Of a stretch of 64,000 bases of DNA, positions 35,771 through 48,701 are shown in pieces (within the stretch, counting starts at the first letter, position 1; each line of letters begins with the position of its first letter). Both the position numbers and the translations under genes were made by a program. The notes under the pieces were generated by a model. It was not told the DNA's origin. It saw only the letters and a program-made list of their open reading frames with translations, and did no database searches. Source of the DNA: Macrostomum hystrix (taxonomy: Eukaryota; Animalia; Platyhelminthes); the NCBI GenBank assembly GCA_950097015.1, contig CATNEN010000001.1, forward strand, positions 20,522,001 through 20,586,000, in the 5' to 3' direction.

Positions 35771-38700
35771 GTCTTTGCTCATCAGGTACTCAGCCCTCTG
35801 CCTCACATCCTTGTGATCGCAAATCGCTCGCCTGTGTCTGTGAATCAGTCGAACCAGAAGGTCTCTATCCTGGCAAAACTCCAGCGTCACGAGCAGCTCT
35901 TGAGCGTCAGGACTCGATGATCGCAGAATTCATTCAAACCATAAGTCCAGCTCTGCGTTATAGTCCATCCACAGACTGAGGCATTTTAGCAGAGCGTCAA
36001 AGTTGATGTAGTACCAGTTGAACTGGCTTGAGGCTAGCGGAAATATTTGTCTGATGTGAGAGGGCAGAAAGTCAAGGACTGGCGGCTTGTCTGTCTGAAT
36101 GAGAAGCTTCCAAATGGAGTTGACTTGCTCCAGGTGCTCACAAAGAGCCAATTCCGACTCGGCGTCAGTCTGCTTAACCTTCCAGTTTGCCACTTGACGG
36201 CTCACCTCGTGATAGCGGCAGGAGCGCAACACTCTCCGAGCAGCGTACCTGCGGCCGAACTTCAAGTAAATCAGCGACATGATGCAGTTCTTTGTCGAAC
36301 GGGCGTAGTCGGGAATTCTTTGGGCCAGCCTCAACATCGCCTCCTGATCAGCTTCACTGCAGCTGCCGTCGGCCAGCCATATGATCATGGATCTGATTGC
36401 GTCATACACGTCGTGGAACTGCACCGTCGATGACATTGGCACTGGCCTCGGGTCCAAGATCGGTAAAATGAGGAACGGATGGAAATGGAGCGCTTTGACA
36501 TGATCCAGTGGTCTCAATTTTAGTCGAAAGCGTTTGAGAATCGCTGGAAGACTCTCTGTGACGTCACTAACAACTTTTGCGATGGCTTCTTTGCTGTCGT
36601 GGTGAGCCTTTAAGTACACCCAGGCGTCTCTCAAGAAAAAGTGCTTCATGCACGCGTCTGCTTCGGAGTTGCTCAAGCATGTAGAAAGCTGCCGAAGAGC
36701 CTTTCTCACCAGTGCCATCAGGCCCTCGCTCTTCCAATTTTGAGCAGGAATCTCATCTAGCACGTAAAACATGAGAGTTTTGGCGATGTACGTCTTTAAC
36801 CCTTGAGACCGCTTAGCAATCACTTTTTTCATAATGAACTTGATCACTACGAACACCTGTCCCTGCTCAGTGGTGAGGTTCCTGAGCAGTTTTCTTTCCA
36901 GGAAGGTAGTGCTGACCCTCAGTTGCTGGCCGTCCTCACCAGGAGGAGCTGCGGCCACCAGGTGACACGGATGCACTTTCATCTCCTGTCTGAGATCCTT
37001 CAACAAGTCGTGATTAATGTTTGTTCGTTGTCCTCGTTCCAGCACTTCTATCCGAGGGTAGCAGCAGCAGCGGAAGGCCCACACGAGGTCGACAGCCGGC
37101 CTCTGGTCAGATCCGCTCCAGGACTGCGAAGGATTCGAGGCTGAAATTTGGAGTACCGGTTCTTGCACAGTATACCAATATATACATATAAATATTTTCC
37201 TCCAATAAAAACCTACTTACGAGCACTTGCCCACTTAACGTGACCGTTCTCGTACTCCACCTCCACATTGCGCTCTCCATCAAACGTGCAGTTGATGCAG
37301 CGGCAAAACCCCTTGAGGTGAAAGAGTATTCCGGCCCCGATGAGGCAGACATCGATGTCTGAGTCGCGGTCCGTCTGGCCATCCAGGCAGACCAAGCTGT
37401 TTGACCAGCCCTCACTGAAGCTGCCGACAATGTACACTTGGTGGTCCAAATACTCATCGACATTCATGCGCCTTCTCAGAATGCTCTGCAGCACATCTGA
37501 GCTTGCAGCGACCAGTTTTACTCGGTCAAGTTGAAATCCAGATTTTTTCAGATCTTCCGACAGTCGATCGTTTGTTTGCAGCAGCTCAGCCTCGATCTGG
37601 TCAGCTGGGTTTCGCTCCTCTACTACAGGTAAGAGGGGTCGGTTCATGTTGTCCTGTTCAGACCTGAATTGAGAATTGGCACATAAAGCGTTTCATTTTG
37701 AGGCAAGGTATAGAATGTTGTTTTCATCTGTCTGCTCTACGAACTGTCTTTAATGTGAAAACAACAAGAGAGCCGAGAGCGGGTGCAGATGTACGAGTAT
37801 AAAACTGCAGAATTTCAGATGTCTAAAGAAAAGAAAATTTTCTATAAGTACTTTTCTGCCTACCTGTCGTCGTCAGGGTCGGCTTCTGCAATCCATTGCT
37901 GAGTGGGCATGCGCAGTTCGACGCCGGTGTTTGCTGACCTTTGCGAATCTCCTATTCGTTGCAACTCCGCCGTTAGGAGAGAGTCGTGGATTCTTAGCTT
38001 CCTAGCATCTGTCTCGTGTTTTGTGAGCAATTGTATCGAGCTTTTATGTCCAAAGCGACAGGCCAACGCAGCTGGACTCAGTCCGTCTGAGTTGAGGAGG
38101 CTCAGACTGCAGCCGTGCCTAAGAAGGCTCACAACGGCCGCCTCGTGACCCATTGCTGCAGCGGCGTGCAGCGGTGAGGAGGCGTCGAGAGCGAGCGAGG
38201 TGGCATCGACTCCAGTTCGGACGAGAAGCTCGATCGCTTCCTGCTGGCCGTGCAGAGCTGCACAGTGCATTGGTGACTGGCCGAGCTCATTCCTCACATC
38301 GGCATTGGCGGATCTGAGGAGCTTCTTCAGCACTCGCAGATGACCGAGCTGTGCTGCCAGCTGGGTGGGAGTGCTGCCGTCTCTGAGCTGCTGATCGCAG
38401 TCGGACTGTCCGATCAGCAGCTGCACAACTTCCAGGTGTCCGTTCTGAGTGGCCAGGTGAAGAGCCGATGAGCTGGAGTTGGTCGTCAGGACGGTGTCGG
38501 CCTCAGAGTCGAGCAGCAGCTTGACCACATCCTTGTGACCGTGCATGCACGCCAGGTGCAGAGCAGTCGCTCCGCTCTTGTCCCGGAGGTCGATCTGAGC
38601 TCCGGCATCGACGAGCAGTCGAGCGACTCTCGACTGGCCTCTCTCAGCCGCCCAGTGCAGCGTCGACCTACCGTGCCCGTCGGCCACGTCAGGACTGACG

Positions 38701-38777
38701 CCTCCGCAGAGCAGCCTCTTCATCTTGCCCACCCGGCCGTCGGTGGCGGCGCTCTTGAACTCCGGCAGCAGCTCCAT
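35771..38777 (-). CDS. Ankyrin-repeat + Mab-21/cGAS-like nucleotidyltransferase (ANK-cGLR paralogue B); exons 38777-37864, 37663-37221, 37140-35771; in-frame TGA at 35932-35930
   Basis: About 7 ankyrin repeats; IVGSFSEG...DSDIDV; PAVDLVWAF; LRVSTTFLERKL..QGQVFVVIKFI..GLKTYIAKTLMFY; same three intron positions as paralogue A; homology to A continues past the TGA. Confidence 0.85.
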
Positions 38778-39384
38778 TGTCAGTTTTTACAGCAGCTGTG
38801 CCACTTGACGTTGTTTATGTAGCAATATCCGTGGCTAAGTGTGTGCAGTTCTTGAACCAGATTTTAATTATAAACTTCTAAGTGTAGGGCTGGCCTGATC
38901 TTTGCCATCGTAGGAATGGCCTGACCAGTTTAGCCTTTAAACCCTGGCTATACCAAGCATTGTTGCGTTTAATGTTCTTACTCGTACATTGGTTTCCTTA
39001 TCGCGAGGGCCATCAATTAATGATTTTTCGCAACCTCATGCATCCTAGCCTTTCTAGTGTTAAACCTGTATTAAACCAGAGTTAACAGCAAACACTTTGA
39101 TTATAAGCGTTTATATTTCGCATAGACTTTAGCAAGTGAAGCAAGCTGCTTTTCCATGCCTGCTTCCTTTCTAATCTTATTTCTTTCTAGATCATTTTGT
39201 AACTTCACTAGACGCGTATGGAAATTTTTGTATTGGATGGATTGGGAGGAAATTTGATGTCGGTACATAGTACGTTCATATACTCGTACTCGTAGTTAGG
39301 ACAGTGTAGGATACTTAACGCTAACAAAATAATAAAATAAAAATTTACTTTATTAATTGCTGGTCAAGAACCGATGTGGAAATC

Positions 39385-41750
39385 CAAACGCCAATTCTTC
39401 ATTTTTTACTGACTTCATCACCTCGGAGGAGCTGATCCCTCTTAACGGTTATTTTAGGCAGCGCGCTACTAAACTGCCCACTTTTTATGGTACCAACGGG
39501 CGTGTCACCCGCCTTGACTGGCTGCTCTGCCCGAAGAACAAGAAGCACATGGTCAGGAAGGTGATCAACTTTCGGCCCAAATGTATTCCGTCTGACCACT
39601 CTTTGGTTGCCTGCGACGTCGACATCCGTTGGTACACCTACAAAAAGCAGCCCCCCTTTCCTCTCTGGGCCGACCTCCGCAACCCGGCCACAAGGACAAA
39701 TTTCATTCAAAGCTTTATGAACTCCGACCCACGCCCTGATGAATCCGCTGACGCCTTTGCCCCCGCCGTCGCTTCTGCCGCCGCGACGCTGCCGAAGCGC
39801 TCCCCTCATCGGCCAAAGGCGCTTTGGGACTCCGATCCTTACGTGGAGCTGGCGAGGAGGAGGCTGCAAAAGGACGTCGCCCGTTTCGGACAGGACAACC
39901 CTGCTGCCGACAACGCGCGTGACAATCTCACCCGCACCTACTCGGATCGCACGAGACTCTTCGTTGAGGAGGCTGTCTCGGAAATCAGGGATGCAGTTGA
40001 CAACTGCAGGGACAGAGCTGCTTGGAGAGCCATAAACAACCTGACCGGCCGGAAACCAAGGCAGTGCACTGTTGTTGGCGCCGACTCGGTCGAGGACAAA
40101 AAGGCTAAGCTTGTAGAGCACTATCGGCGTGTTCTCAACGCACCTGTCCCAACTGCGGTGCTTCTCCCTGTCCCTGGCTTCACCCCTGCTCGCAGCGAGG
40201 ATTTCAATATCGGTCCTATCACGCCCTCCATGGTTCGCAACACGCTTAAAAGCATGAAGCCTGATGCTGCGCCTGGTGTCGATGGGGTGCCTCCCAGGGT
40301 CCTCAGACTTCCAGAGCTTACTTCGGTAATCACCACGCTCCTCAACAAATATTCCGTTCTTGGAGGTGACGCCGGCACCGAGGCTCCCTGCATCTGGCGC
40401 ACCTCTAAGATTGTCTCAATTCCAAAGAAGGGCCTGTCCACCTGCCTGGACAACCAGAGGGGCATCGCTCTGGAGTGTACCCTGCCAAAACTCCTCAATT
40501 CGATCCTGAGTAACAGACTGCTGCCGATCATCAACCCGCTTCTGCTGGGCGCTCAGAGTGGATTCCGCCCTGGCAGATCTACTGTTGAGCAAATAGCCAC
40601 CGTCCGCTGCATCATCGAGTCCTGCGTAACGCGGCAAAAGTCGGTGACCATCGTGTTCGTCGACTTTCGCAAAGCCTTTGACTCGGTCAGTCGAGCTGCC
40701 ATCGAGTGGCTCCTCTCTTACTACGGTGTTCCACCAACTCTAGTGACGGCAATCATGGACCTCTACTCCGACACCCGCACTTTTGTCGTGATGAGAAAGG
40801 ATGTCACCGAGACCTTCACAACCAGCTCCGGCGTTCTCCAAGGAGATACCCTAGCCCCTTTCATCTTCATCATTATCATTGATTATGTCCTTCGCCGTTC
40901 CCTCTCTGAAGACGAAGCCTATGTTGTTGTCCGCCGCCGCAGCTCGCGTCACCCTGAGACCACACTGGCTGCCCTCGCTTTTGCCGACGACATCGCCCTG
41001 GTGTGTAGAGACCCTTCGGCCGCTCAGTCAGCGCTCAACAGAATCTGCGAGGAAGGTGCCAGAGTCGGCCTCGAAGTGAACGCTCGCAAGACCGAGGTGC
41101 TCCACGTCGGCATCAGCAACCCGTCTCCTCTTACCCTTGCTAACGGTGACGAAATCTCTGTCTGCTCGGATTTTCGGTACCTCGGCTCGCTGGTGGTCTC
41201 TCCGGAGGACATCGTCGCCGATCGTCGTGCGCAAGCCTGGACAGCTGCTCGACAGCTGAGCCCCATCTTCTGCTCGCCCGTGCCTGACCAACTCAAAATC
41301 CGGATTTTTCGTGCTGCCGTAGAGCCGATATTCCTTTATGGCTTGGAGGCTCTCCCAATCACGGAATCTCGCAAGCGGGCTCTCGACGCCACTTTCAGAG
41401 CCTTCCTGCGTTTCGCTCTGGACGTTCGCTACCCCGAAAGGCTGTCAAACCGTGCGCTCGCTGCTCGCTCCTGCGTCCCGCCGGTGAGCTCCATTCTCAG
41501 GGCGCGGAGACAGCGGCTTCTCGGCCACGTGCTACGCAGCTACGGACGCGGAGAAACCAACCCCCTTGCGATCGTTGTGCTAAATCCGCCAAGCGATCCT
41601 TTTCGACGCGGACATGCGCGCACTGAAACTCTCTTAAAGACCTTCACTAATGACCTACAGGCCATCAACCTCACTCCGCTTGAGGCTACTTCCTGCCCCT
41701 CTGAGCTTTTTCGCGAGCGTGTGAGCGCTAAGGGTCTCTGACTCTTCAGC
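39385..41750 (+). mobile_element. 5'-truncated non-LTR retrotransposon (RTE-like): end of APE endonuclease plus an intact reverse transcriptase frame
   Basis: RLDWLL..PSDHSLV (APE C-terminus); APGVDG, IPKKG, QSGFRPGRST, FVDFRKAFDSV, GVLQGDTLAP, LAFADD, FRYLGS, LLGHVLR; stop at 41741. Confidence 0.92.
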
Positions 41751-41810
41751 GTCTTAATAATTGCTTGATGTACTTGTAAAAGCACTAGCTCAAAGTTATC
41801 CTCAACTAGC

Positions 41811-42540
41811 ATGGGGATGAGGTTGGGGATTAGGATAAGGATGGAGATAAGGATCGAGATGGGGATGGGGATGGGGGTTAGGATAGGGATGGGGATTAGG
41901 ATGGGGATTAGGATAGGGATGGGGATTAGGATGGGGATGGAGATTAAGATGGGGATTAGGATGTGGATGGGGAATAGGATGGAGATGGGGATTAGGATAG
42001 GGATGGGGATTAAGATGGGGATGGAGATTAGGACGGGGATTAGGATGGGGATGGAGATTAGGATGGGGATGGAGATTAGGATGGGGATGGAGATTAGGAT
42101 GGGGATGGAGATTAAGATGGGGATTAGGATGTGGATGCGGATTAGGATGGGGATGGGGATTAGGATGGGGATGGAGATTAGGATGGGGATGGGGATTAGG
42201 ATGGGGATGGAGATTAAGATGGGGATTAGGATGTGGATGGGGAATAGGATGGAGATGGGGATTAGGATAGGGATGGGGATTAGGATGGGGATTAAGATGG
42301 GGATGGAGATTAGGACGGGGATTAGGATGGGGATGGAGATTAGGATGGGGATGGAGATTAAGATGGGGATTAGTATGTGGATGGGGAATAGGATGGAGAT
42401 GGGGATTAGGATAGGGATGGGGATTAGGATGGGGATTAAGATGGGGATGGAGATTAGGACGGGGATTAAGATGGGGATGGGGATTAGGATGGGGATGGAG
42501 ATCAGGATGGGGATTAGGAGGGGAATGGGTTATGATGGGG
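41811..42540. repeat. Hexamer satellite (ATGGGG/ATTAGG/ATGGAG)n
   Basis: Direct reading; gives the spurious MGIR ORF. Confidence 0.95.
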
Positions 42541-43753
42541 ATGTACAGGACTCAGTTGTTATGTGCACAATCCATCTGACAGTAAGGTGAGCAACAGTTC
42601 GTGCATTTTATCGCTGTGAGGGGAAGGAGCAAATCGGATTTGACCTATTGAAATGTGAAAAGTCAAAAGTGACTCCGGTTGTTGGCTTATTTTGAAGCGG
42701 TCCAGTTTTAAAGTAGTGCTTGAAATTAGTCCAAGGAAATGAGAATCTATTTTGCTGCTTCAGACTTCAAACGTTAATTAACAATTAGCAACAGAGCAGA
42801 GAACAGTGTATTGAATTATACAGGCCTGAACAATCAGCATTGTAAGCAGGTAACGGATAGAGCGTAAGATATAAATGACCAATTTCGAGATATCGCAAAA
42901 CTAAATAATGCTTTGGGGAGAGAGTAACACACAAAACACTAAAGTGATGAAGTTGGTAACTGGAGGAATAGATAAATAGAAACTGGTTATTGCACATCAG
43001 AGCCTGGTGTAAGCGGTGCATGCAGAGATAGGTGCACTTGGAACTTTATAAACAATCATATGAAAAATACTAAGTAATGGTTATAGAGATAGAGGAAAAT
43101 AAATATTAGTCCCAGAGTGAAATAGCAGACAGGCGGGCAATAAACTGTTTGGGCTGCCGGTTGTTTCTGAGAAAAACTAAAACAAACTATTTTAGTTGTT
43201 CAGTCGCGAAAACCTAATACTTATTTTCAAAGAGATTAACTTACTTAGAAAACATCTGGTTAGTAGGATAGTACGCAATTTTGTTATTAAAAAAATCAAA
43301 AAGACGCAAAATTGTCTTCTTAAAATTACTCGCAAAAAACGATGGTTGCGCGCTACGCTCACACCACAGAATTGTAGTCAGGATTTTTTACAATTAGAAA
43401 TTTAGTTTTCTTCTGGACGCAATAGCACAGTCAATTGTCGCTTGAACCGCAGTTAACCAACAACTCTTAACAATGCACACCAACTTAAAAATGATATTCT
43501 AGCAGGCCCAACACACACACACTTGACTACTTACAACTAATTCAGTACTAACGCTAGAATCCAATAATACAAAAAATATTCTTGCTAAAAAGCTCAAAGC
43601 GAGCAAAACATCCTACTTAAACACAGATCAGTAGGATGTTAAGAATTTTCTTTCTCGGTATAAAAATTCTGTTAAAAAAGTCGAACAACGAAAAGAAAAA
43701 ACAAGATTTCTTTAAAGAAGATTGTTTCAGAGCTTGTCCTTTCAACGCTTCTT

Positions 43754-46700
43754 TTAGGCTGTGGTGGCGCCCGGCAGTTTGCCAATGGCCTTCGACAGGT
43801 CGACGCCAGTGAGGGCCTGAACAGCGGGCGGCAGGCTGCTGAGCAGGCGGGACACCTCGCTGGTGGTGCGATCGTCGCCTAGGACAACAATCTCGTCAAT
43901 CTTTGCCAACGGAGCGGCCACTTCGGCAGCAACGCGCGGCAGAGCGTCCAGAGTCAGCTCCAGGATGGCGGCGTCGCCGTAGGCCCGGAAGGCCGACGCC
44001 TTCAGGCGCATCTCCTCGGCCTGGGCCTTGCCGACGGCCTCGATGCTGGTGGCCTCAGCGGAGCCGCGCACGCGGATGGACTCGGCCTCGGCCTGGGCCA
44101 CCTTGACCTTGCGGAAGCGATCACCGGCGGCGATGGTCTGCACCTTGAAGGCCTGGGCTTCGGCCGGGCGGCGAACGTTGGCGTCCAGCTCTTTCTCATT
44201 GCGGATGATCTCCTTCTCTTCGATCTCGATGAGCTTGCGCTTCTCGCGCACCTGAACAAATAAAAAAAAATTAGTCTTGCTTTAGAAACATATTTTGCAA
44301 TACATATCGGGATGACCGATAGTCTAATGAGGACTTTAAAAAGATACCTTACTAAATAAAAAGAGATTCGATTTATCGATACGTATAGAATGTTTTTTAA
44401 TGTAGCTAAATTAAATTTAACGATTTCAAGATTGTATTTTTCTTGTGGAAACACATGGGACACAGTTTAACGAGAAGGATTGTTACGATTTCGATACATA
44501 TCGGGTGCAGTTAAATTGGAAAGATTTTACCGATTTCGAAGAATACAGGATGCTTTCTTAACTATTTCGATACATATCGGATGTTTTTTTAACGCTTGGT
44601 AATACTAAGCGCTAGTACAGTGATCCCGGTGACTTCAAATGTCAACTAGTCAACCGTTGCTAATGCAAGCGAACTAAATGGGCCAGATTCGCGACTTAGC
44701 GCTCCCATATCATTTGAGCACAGAAACGAGTGCTCAAGTTCGGGCATTTTTAGGTACATGCATTGCCATGCGTGAAGTCTAAAGTGAGTAGGCAATCCAA
44801 TGTACATAGTCAAAACTTGGCCCGGACCTACTGTCATGTTGTTTCCTTCTTATCTGCATGCGCAAATGCAGTTATCTAATTGCAGCCCAGATAGAGTCAC
44901 CTTACTGACATTCACCAGGCTGATTAACGGCTTAACGCTTTGCCAAATATACTGGTCAGCCATTATTACTCATTCCAGATTAAAACAAAGTCATGTTTTG
45001 AATCTACAGCTACTGTCGCCTTGACCCTTTTGATCCTTCAGTGACCCAATCTAATTTTTTACAAACCTACGCCTCTGAAGTCCTTTAGCGACAATACAAC
45101 TTTTCAAACCCAATATCTGAAACTCTTCAAAACTTATACCCAACAACTCATTCTGAAATCATTCAGGAAACTTTCAGTCCTACAAACTCGATATCTGAAA
45201 TCATTCAGGAAACCTTCAGTCCTACAAACCCAATATCTGAAATCCTTCAGGAAACCTTCAGTCCTACAAACCAGATATCTGAAATCATTCAGTAAACCTA
45301 CAGCCCCACAAACCAATATCTGAAATCCGTCAGGAAACCTACAGCCCCACAAACCAATATCTGAAATCCGTCAGGAAACCTACAGCCCCACAAACCAATA
45401 TCCGAAATCCGTCAGGAAACCTACAGCCCCACAAACCAATATCTGAAATCCGTCAGTAAACCTACAGCCCCACAAACCAATATCTGAAATCCGTCAGGAA
45501 ACCTACAGCCCCACAAACCAATATCTGAAATCCGTCAGTAAACCTACAGCCCCACAAACCAATATCTGAAATTCTTCAGGAAACTAACAACCATACACAG
45601 TTACAAATCCCATTTCTGGAATCCTTCGGTGATCATACAGAACAAGGTTGTGAAAGCATGACAACTCACCTCGATCTCGATTTCCTCGGCGCGAATCTTC
45701 TGTCTCTCCTTGGCGGACTGCAGGTTGTAGGCCAGCTCAGACTCGGCCTTGGCCCTATTAACTTCCACATCGAAGGCGGCCTTCTGCATCTGGAAGGTGC
45801 GGGCGCTGTCGGCGATTCGCGAGTCCATCTCGTACTTGACATCCATGCGGGCGCGCTGGCAGGACGATTCCACAATACCGGCGTCTCGCTCGGCCTCTGC
45901 CACGCCGATGTCAGCGTCGCGTTTAACAACGGCAGTCTGGGTGCGGCCGAGGCTGTTCAGATAGTCCACCCTGTCGTAGATGTCCTTGATGGTGAAGGAT
46001 AGAATCTCGATGCCCATCTTGCCGACGTCGGGAGCGGCGACGTCGCGGACGAGCTCGGCGAATTGGTCGCGATCTTTGTAGATGGCTTCCACAGTGAGGG
46101 TGCCCAGGATGGCTCGAAGGTGACCCTCCATGGTCTGGAGGATGGTGTCCTCCATCTCCTGGCGAGACTTTCCTAGAAACTGCTCGCAGGCGGTGGCTAG
46201 AATTTCGTCGTCTCTCATCACCTTCACCTGAGCGACGCCTGAAGTGGTGAAATGGTTTTGGCCTTAGACAATAGTTGTTGACATGTAGGCTGTCCAGTTT
46301 CTAGATTCTGAACTCCACGGAAAGACTATGTTCATATAACTGTCTATGACCAATAGCAGATTTGTACATGCTCATATGGCAAGGAGCAACATTGTATTAT
46401 TTATTTCAGTTATTTCTGTTATTAAATTTACAAAACTGAATAGCATAAAAATTTTGTAGCTTATCTGGAAACTGAGACAATGTACCCTTGTTCATTTAAT
46501 AAATTCAAGCAGAACAACAAAAGTCAACAAACCTGTCACAGTGACCGCTACACCCTCAGAGGTCTCGACACTCTCACATTTTGGCTTCAGTGTAAACACC
46601 TCCAAGGTAAGTCTGGAAATAAAACATAACCAATTATGTTTATCTGTTTGTTTAAAAAGCATCATTTTAAAAAATGAATTGACTTACTTTTGAGTCTGGG

Positions 46701-48144
46701 TCACGCACCACCAGGCCCAGCCCCAACCACCAATGATGCGGCGCACACTTTGATTGCCACAGCAGCCACCTAGACAAATTTGCATGAATAAATACATCAG
46801 AAATAGCTGCATAATTTATCAATTAGATGCTTCCAGGTATATAATTTATTCACAAACTGTGAAAAAAATTGAAGATAATGTAAACACATCTGATATTGAT
46901 TGGCAAGAAATCACAAGAACCAAAAAGTTGTTGCATTTTAATTTCAAGTAGTTTCTCATTTCACATTAGTTATTTATGAAATTGCCAATTATTGTTTTGC
47001 TTTTATTTAAAAGAAAAAGTTTACATTTTCCATAAACTTATTTTAAAGAGTTGGCTAAGAAAAAAAGTACAGCAAAGTAAATAAAAAGTATAGAAGTCCC
47101 ACATACTATTTAAATGTAGAAATAAAGCAGTAAAAATTAAATGGGAATATGGAAATTTTAAGCACTAGAATATATGCCACACGGGTAAATTAGAGCAATA
47201 CTTGGAAAGATAATAAACAACAAACATAAAGCTAATAGGAAATTTCCCTAATTCTAGAAAAAAATATTTAAACAATAAAAAATTATTTTTACAAATAATA
47301 ATTTTCTTTGATTCTGTAGAATATAATTTAAATCAGTTTAGATGCAGCACTAATATTTGCCATAAAAATAGTAATTTTGAGTGTCAGAAGGCCAAACAAT
47401 ATGTATAGTAACACCAATACATAGTGTTGTACACTAATAGCACAACACTGCTTAGCTACATTTACAATCTGAAGTGTTGACATATTAACTTTTCTTCAAC
47501 TTTGTGACTTCTGATATAATACTTATAGATAGCCCTCTAGTCTTTCATTAATGACCAATTGGGTGCATTTGCTTTTTATCAAGCAGATGAGTAGCAAAAA
47601 CAGGTGACCTAGTCTTCTATGTTAATTAGCAGGCTTTGTTGTTAAATGACCTCGTCCAATCTGGACTGCAGGTCAGCCCTTTGTGGGGGCTCTACTGCTG
47701 TATATATTTTTTATACTTGTATTAAAACATTTCTATTAAAATAGAAATATAAAAGTAAAAAATAGTAATTTAGAAATATAAAAATTTTAGAAGGTCCAAA
47801 GTTTGGGTTTAGGTATTTTGAATTTAGCATTCAGTAGGCGTTATTGCTATAGTTACCATAGCGATAGGGTGCAAGTTCTTGCAATAGCACCATGGTAATA
47901 AGAACTGCATTGTGCATTTTATTTGCCTCTTCTGTCTCTTCTGTCCATCACAGTTTAAACTTAAGCTAAGCTAAGGCTAGGCCTGCTAAATAAAAAACGG
48001 ACACAAATGCATGCATGCAACATTTAGACGAGCTATATTGTCATGCTAAAACTTAGCTAGTAGTCCTAAAATTAAAAACAAATATTGAAATTTACCTGAA
48101 ATTACCAAGGCTTCATTAGGTCCAACAGTGTGAATATTTCCCAT
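43754..48144 (-). CDS. FLOT2: Flotillin-2 (reggie-1), ~425 aa; exons 48144-48096, 46769-46688, 46612-46533, 46238-45670, 44251-43754
   Basis: MGNIHTVGPNEALVISGGCCG..GGWGWAWW; SPFH domain (EGHLRAILGTLTVE, DVGKMGIEILSFTIKD); flotillin AE repeats; C-terminus LPPAVQALTGVDLSK; exons sum to 1278 nt. Confidence 0.93.
45105..45585. repeat. 41-bp intronic minisatellite
   Basis: Unit AATATCTGAAATCCGTCAGGAAACCTACAGCCCCACAAACC. Confidence 0.92.
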
Positions 48145-48701
48145 AGTGCGAAACAATAGTTATCGAAATTAGCCTTGCTGCAAACTGAAATGAAAGTAGA
48201 CCAAACCTAGCTCCAAGACTAGCTGTAATGAATTTGAAGGCGTGGATTGCAGTCTATAAATAGTTGAAAAAAATGCCAATAGTCAAATTCGAAATAATAC
48301 TGAGTGAGTTTCGTGAAGAAAATATACTTATTAGTATATTTTTTAAACAATATTTTAGACTAACTTAAAAAATACTTGCTTTAGGCTAACTACTTAAGTA
48401 ATATAAGAACAGCGTGACTTTGTTAACTTTTGTAACTATATTAAATTCATAAACGTTCATATGAATTCCAAGAAAAGCCCGTGCCATGTTTCAAGAAGTG
48501 CCATGTAACTATTATTTTGCTCCAAATAAATTAACCCTAAGACGAGGCGAAGTCTCTAAGATTCTACTAAAAAGTTTGAATATTCAATTAATATTTGAAA
48601 ATGAGAAAATAAAAAAATTCTAATTAGATTTGGATTTATTAATGTTGTAGACTATGTAATATACTGTTTTCGAGTTTCGTTTTAGGTAAGCCTATTCTAT
48701 T

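Noticed and set aside
35930-35932. TGA as selenocysteine
   Set aside because: It aligns with Glu, not Cys, in paralogue A, and I could not identify a SECIS element
4335-38777. Bacterial CBASS or contamination as the source of the NTase genes
   Set aside because: Both genes have spliceosomal introns at conserved positions and animal Mab-21 signatures, and sit among animal housekeeping genes
41811-42590. 259-aa MGIR ORF or telomere-like array
   Set aside because: A hexamer satellite; the units are ATGGGG/ATTAGG rather than TTAGGG arrays
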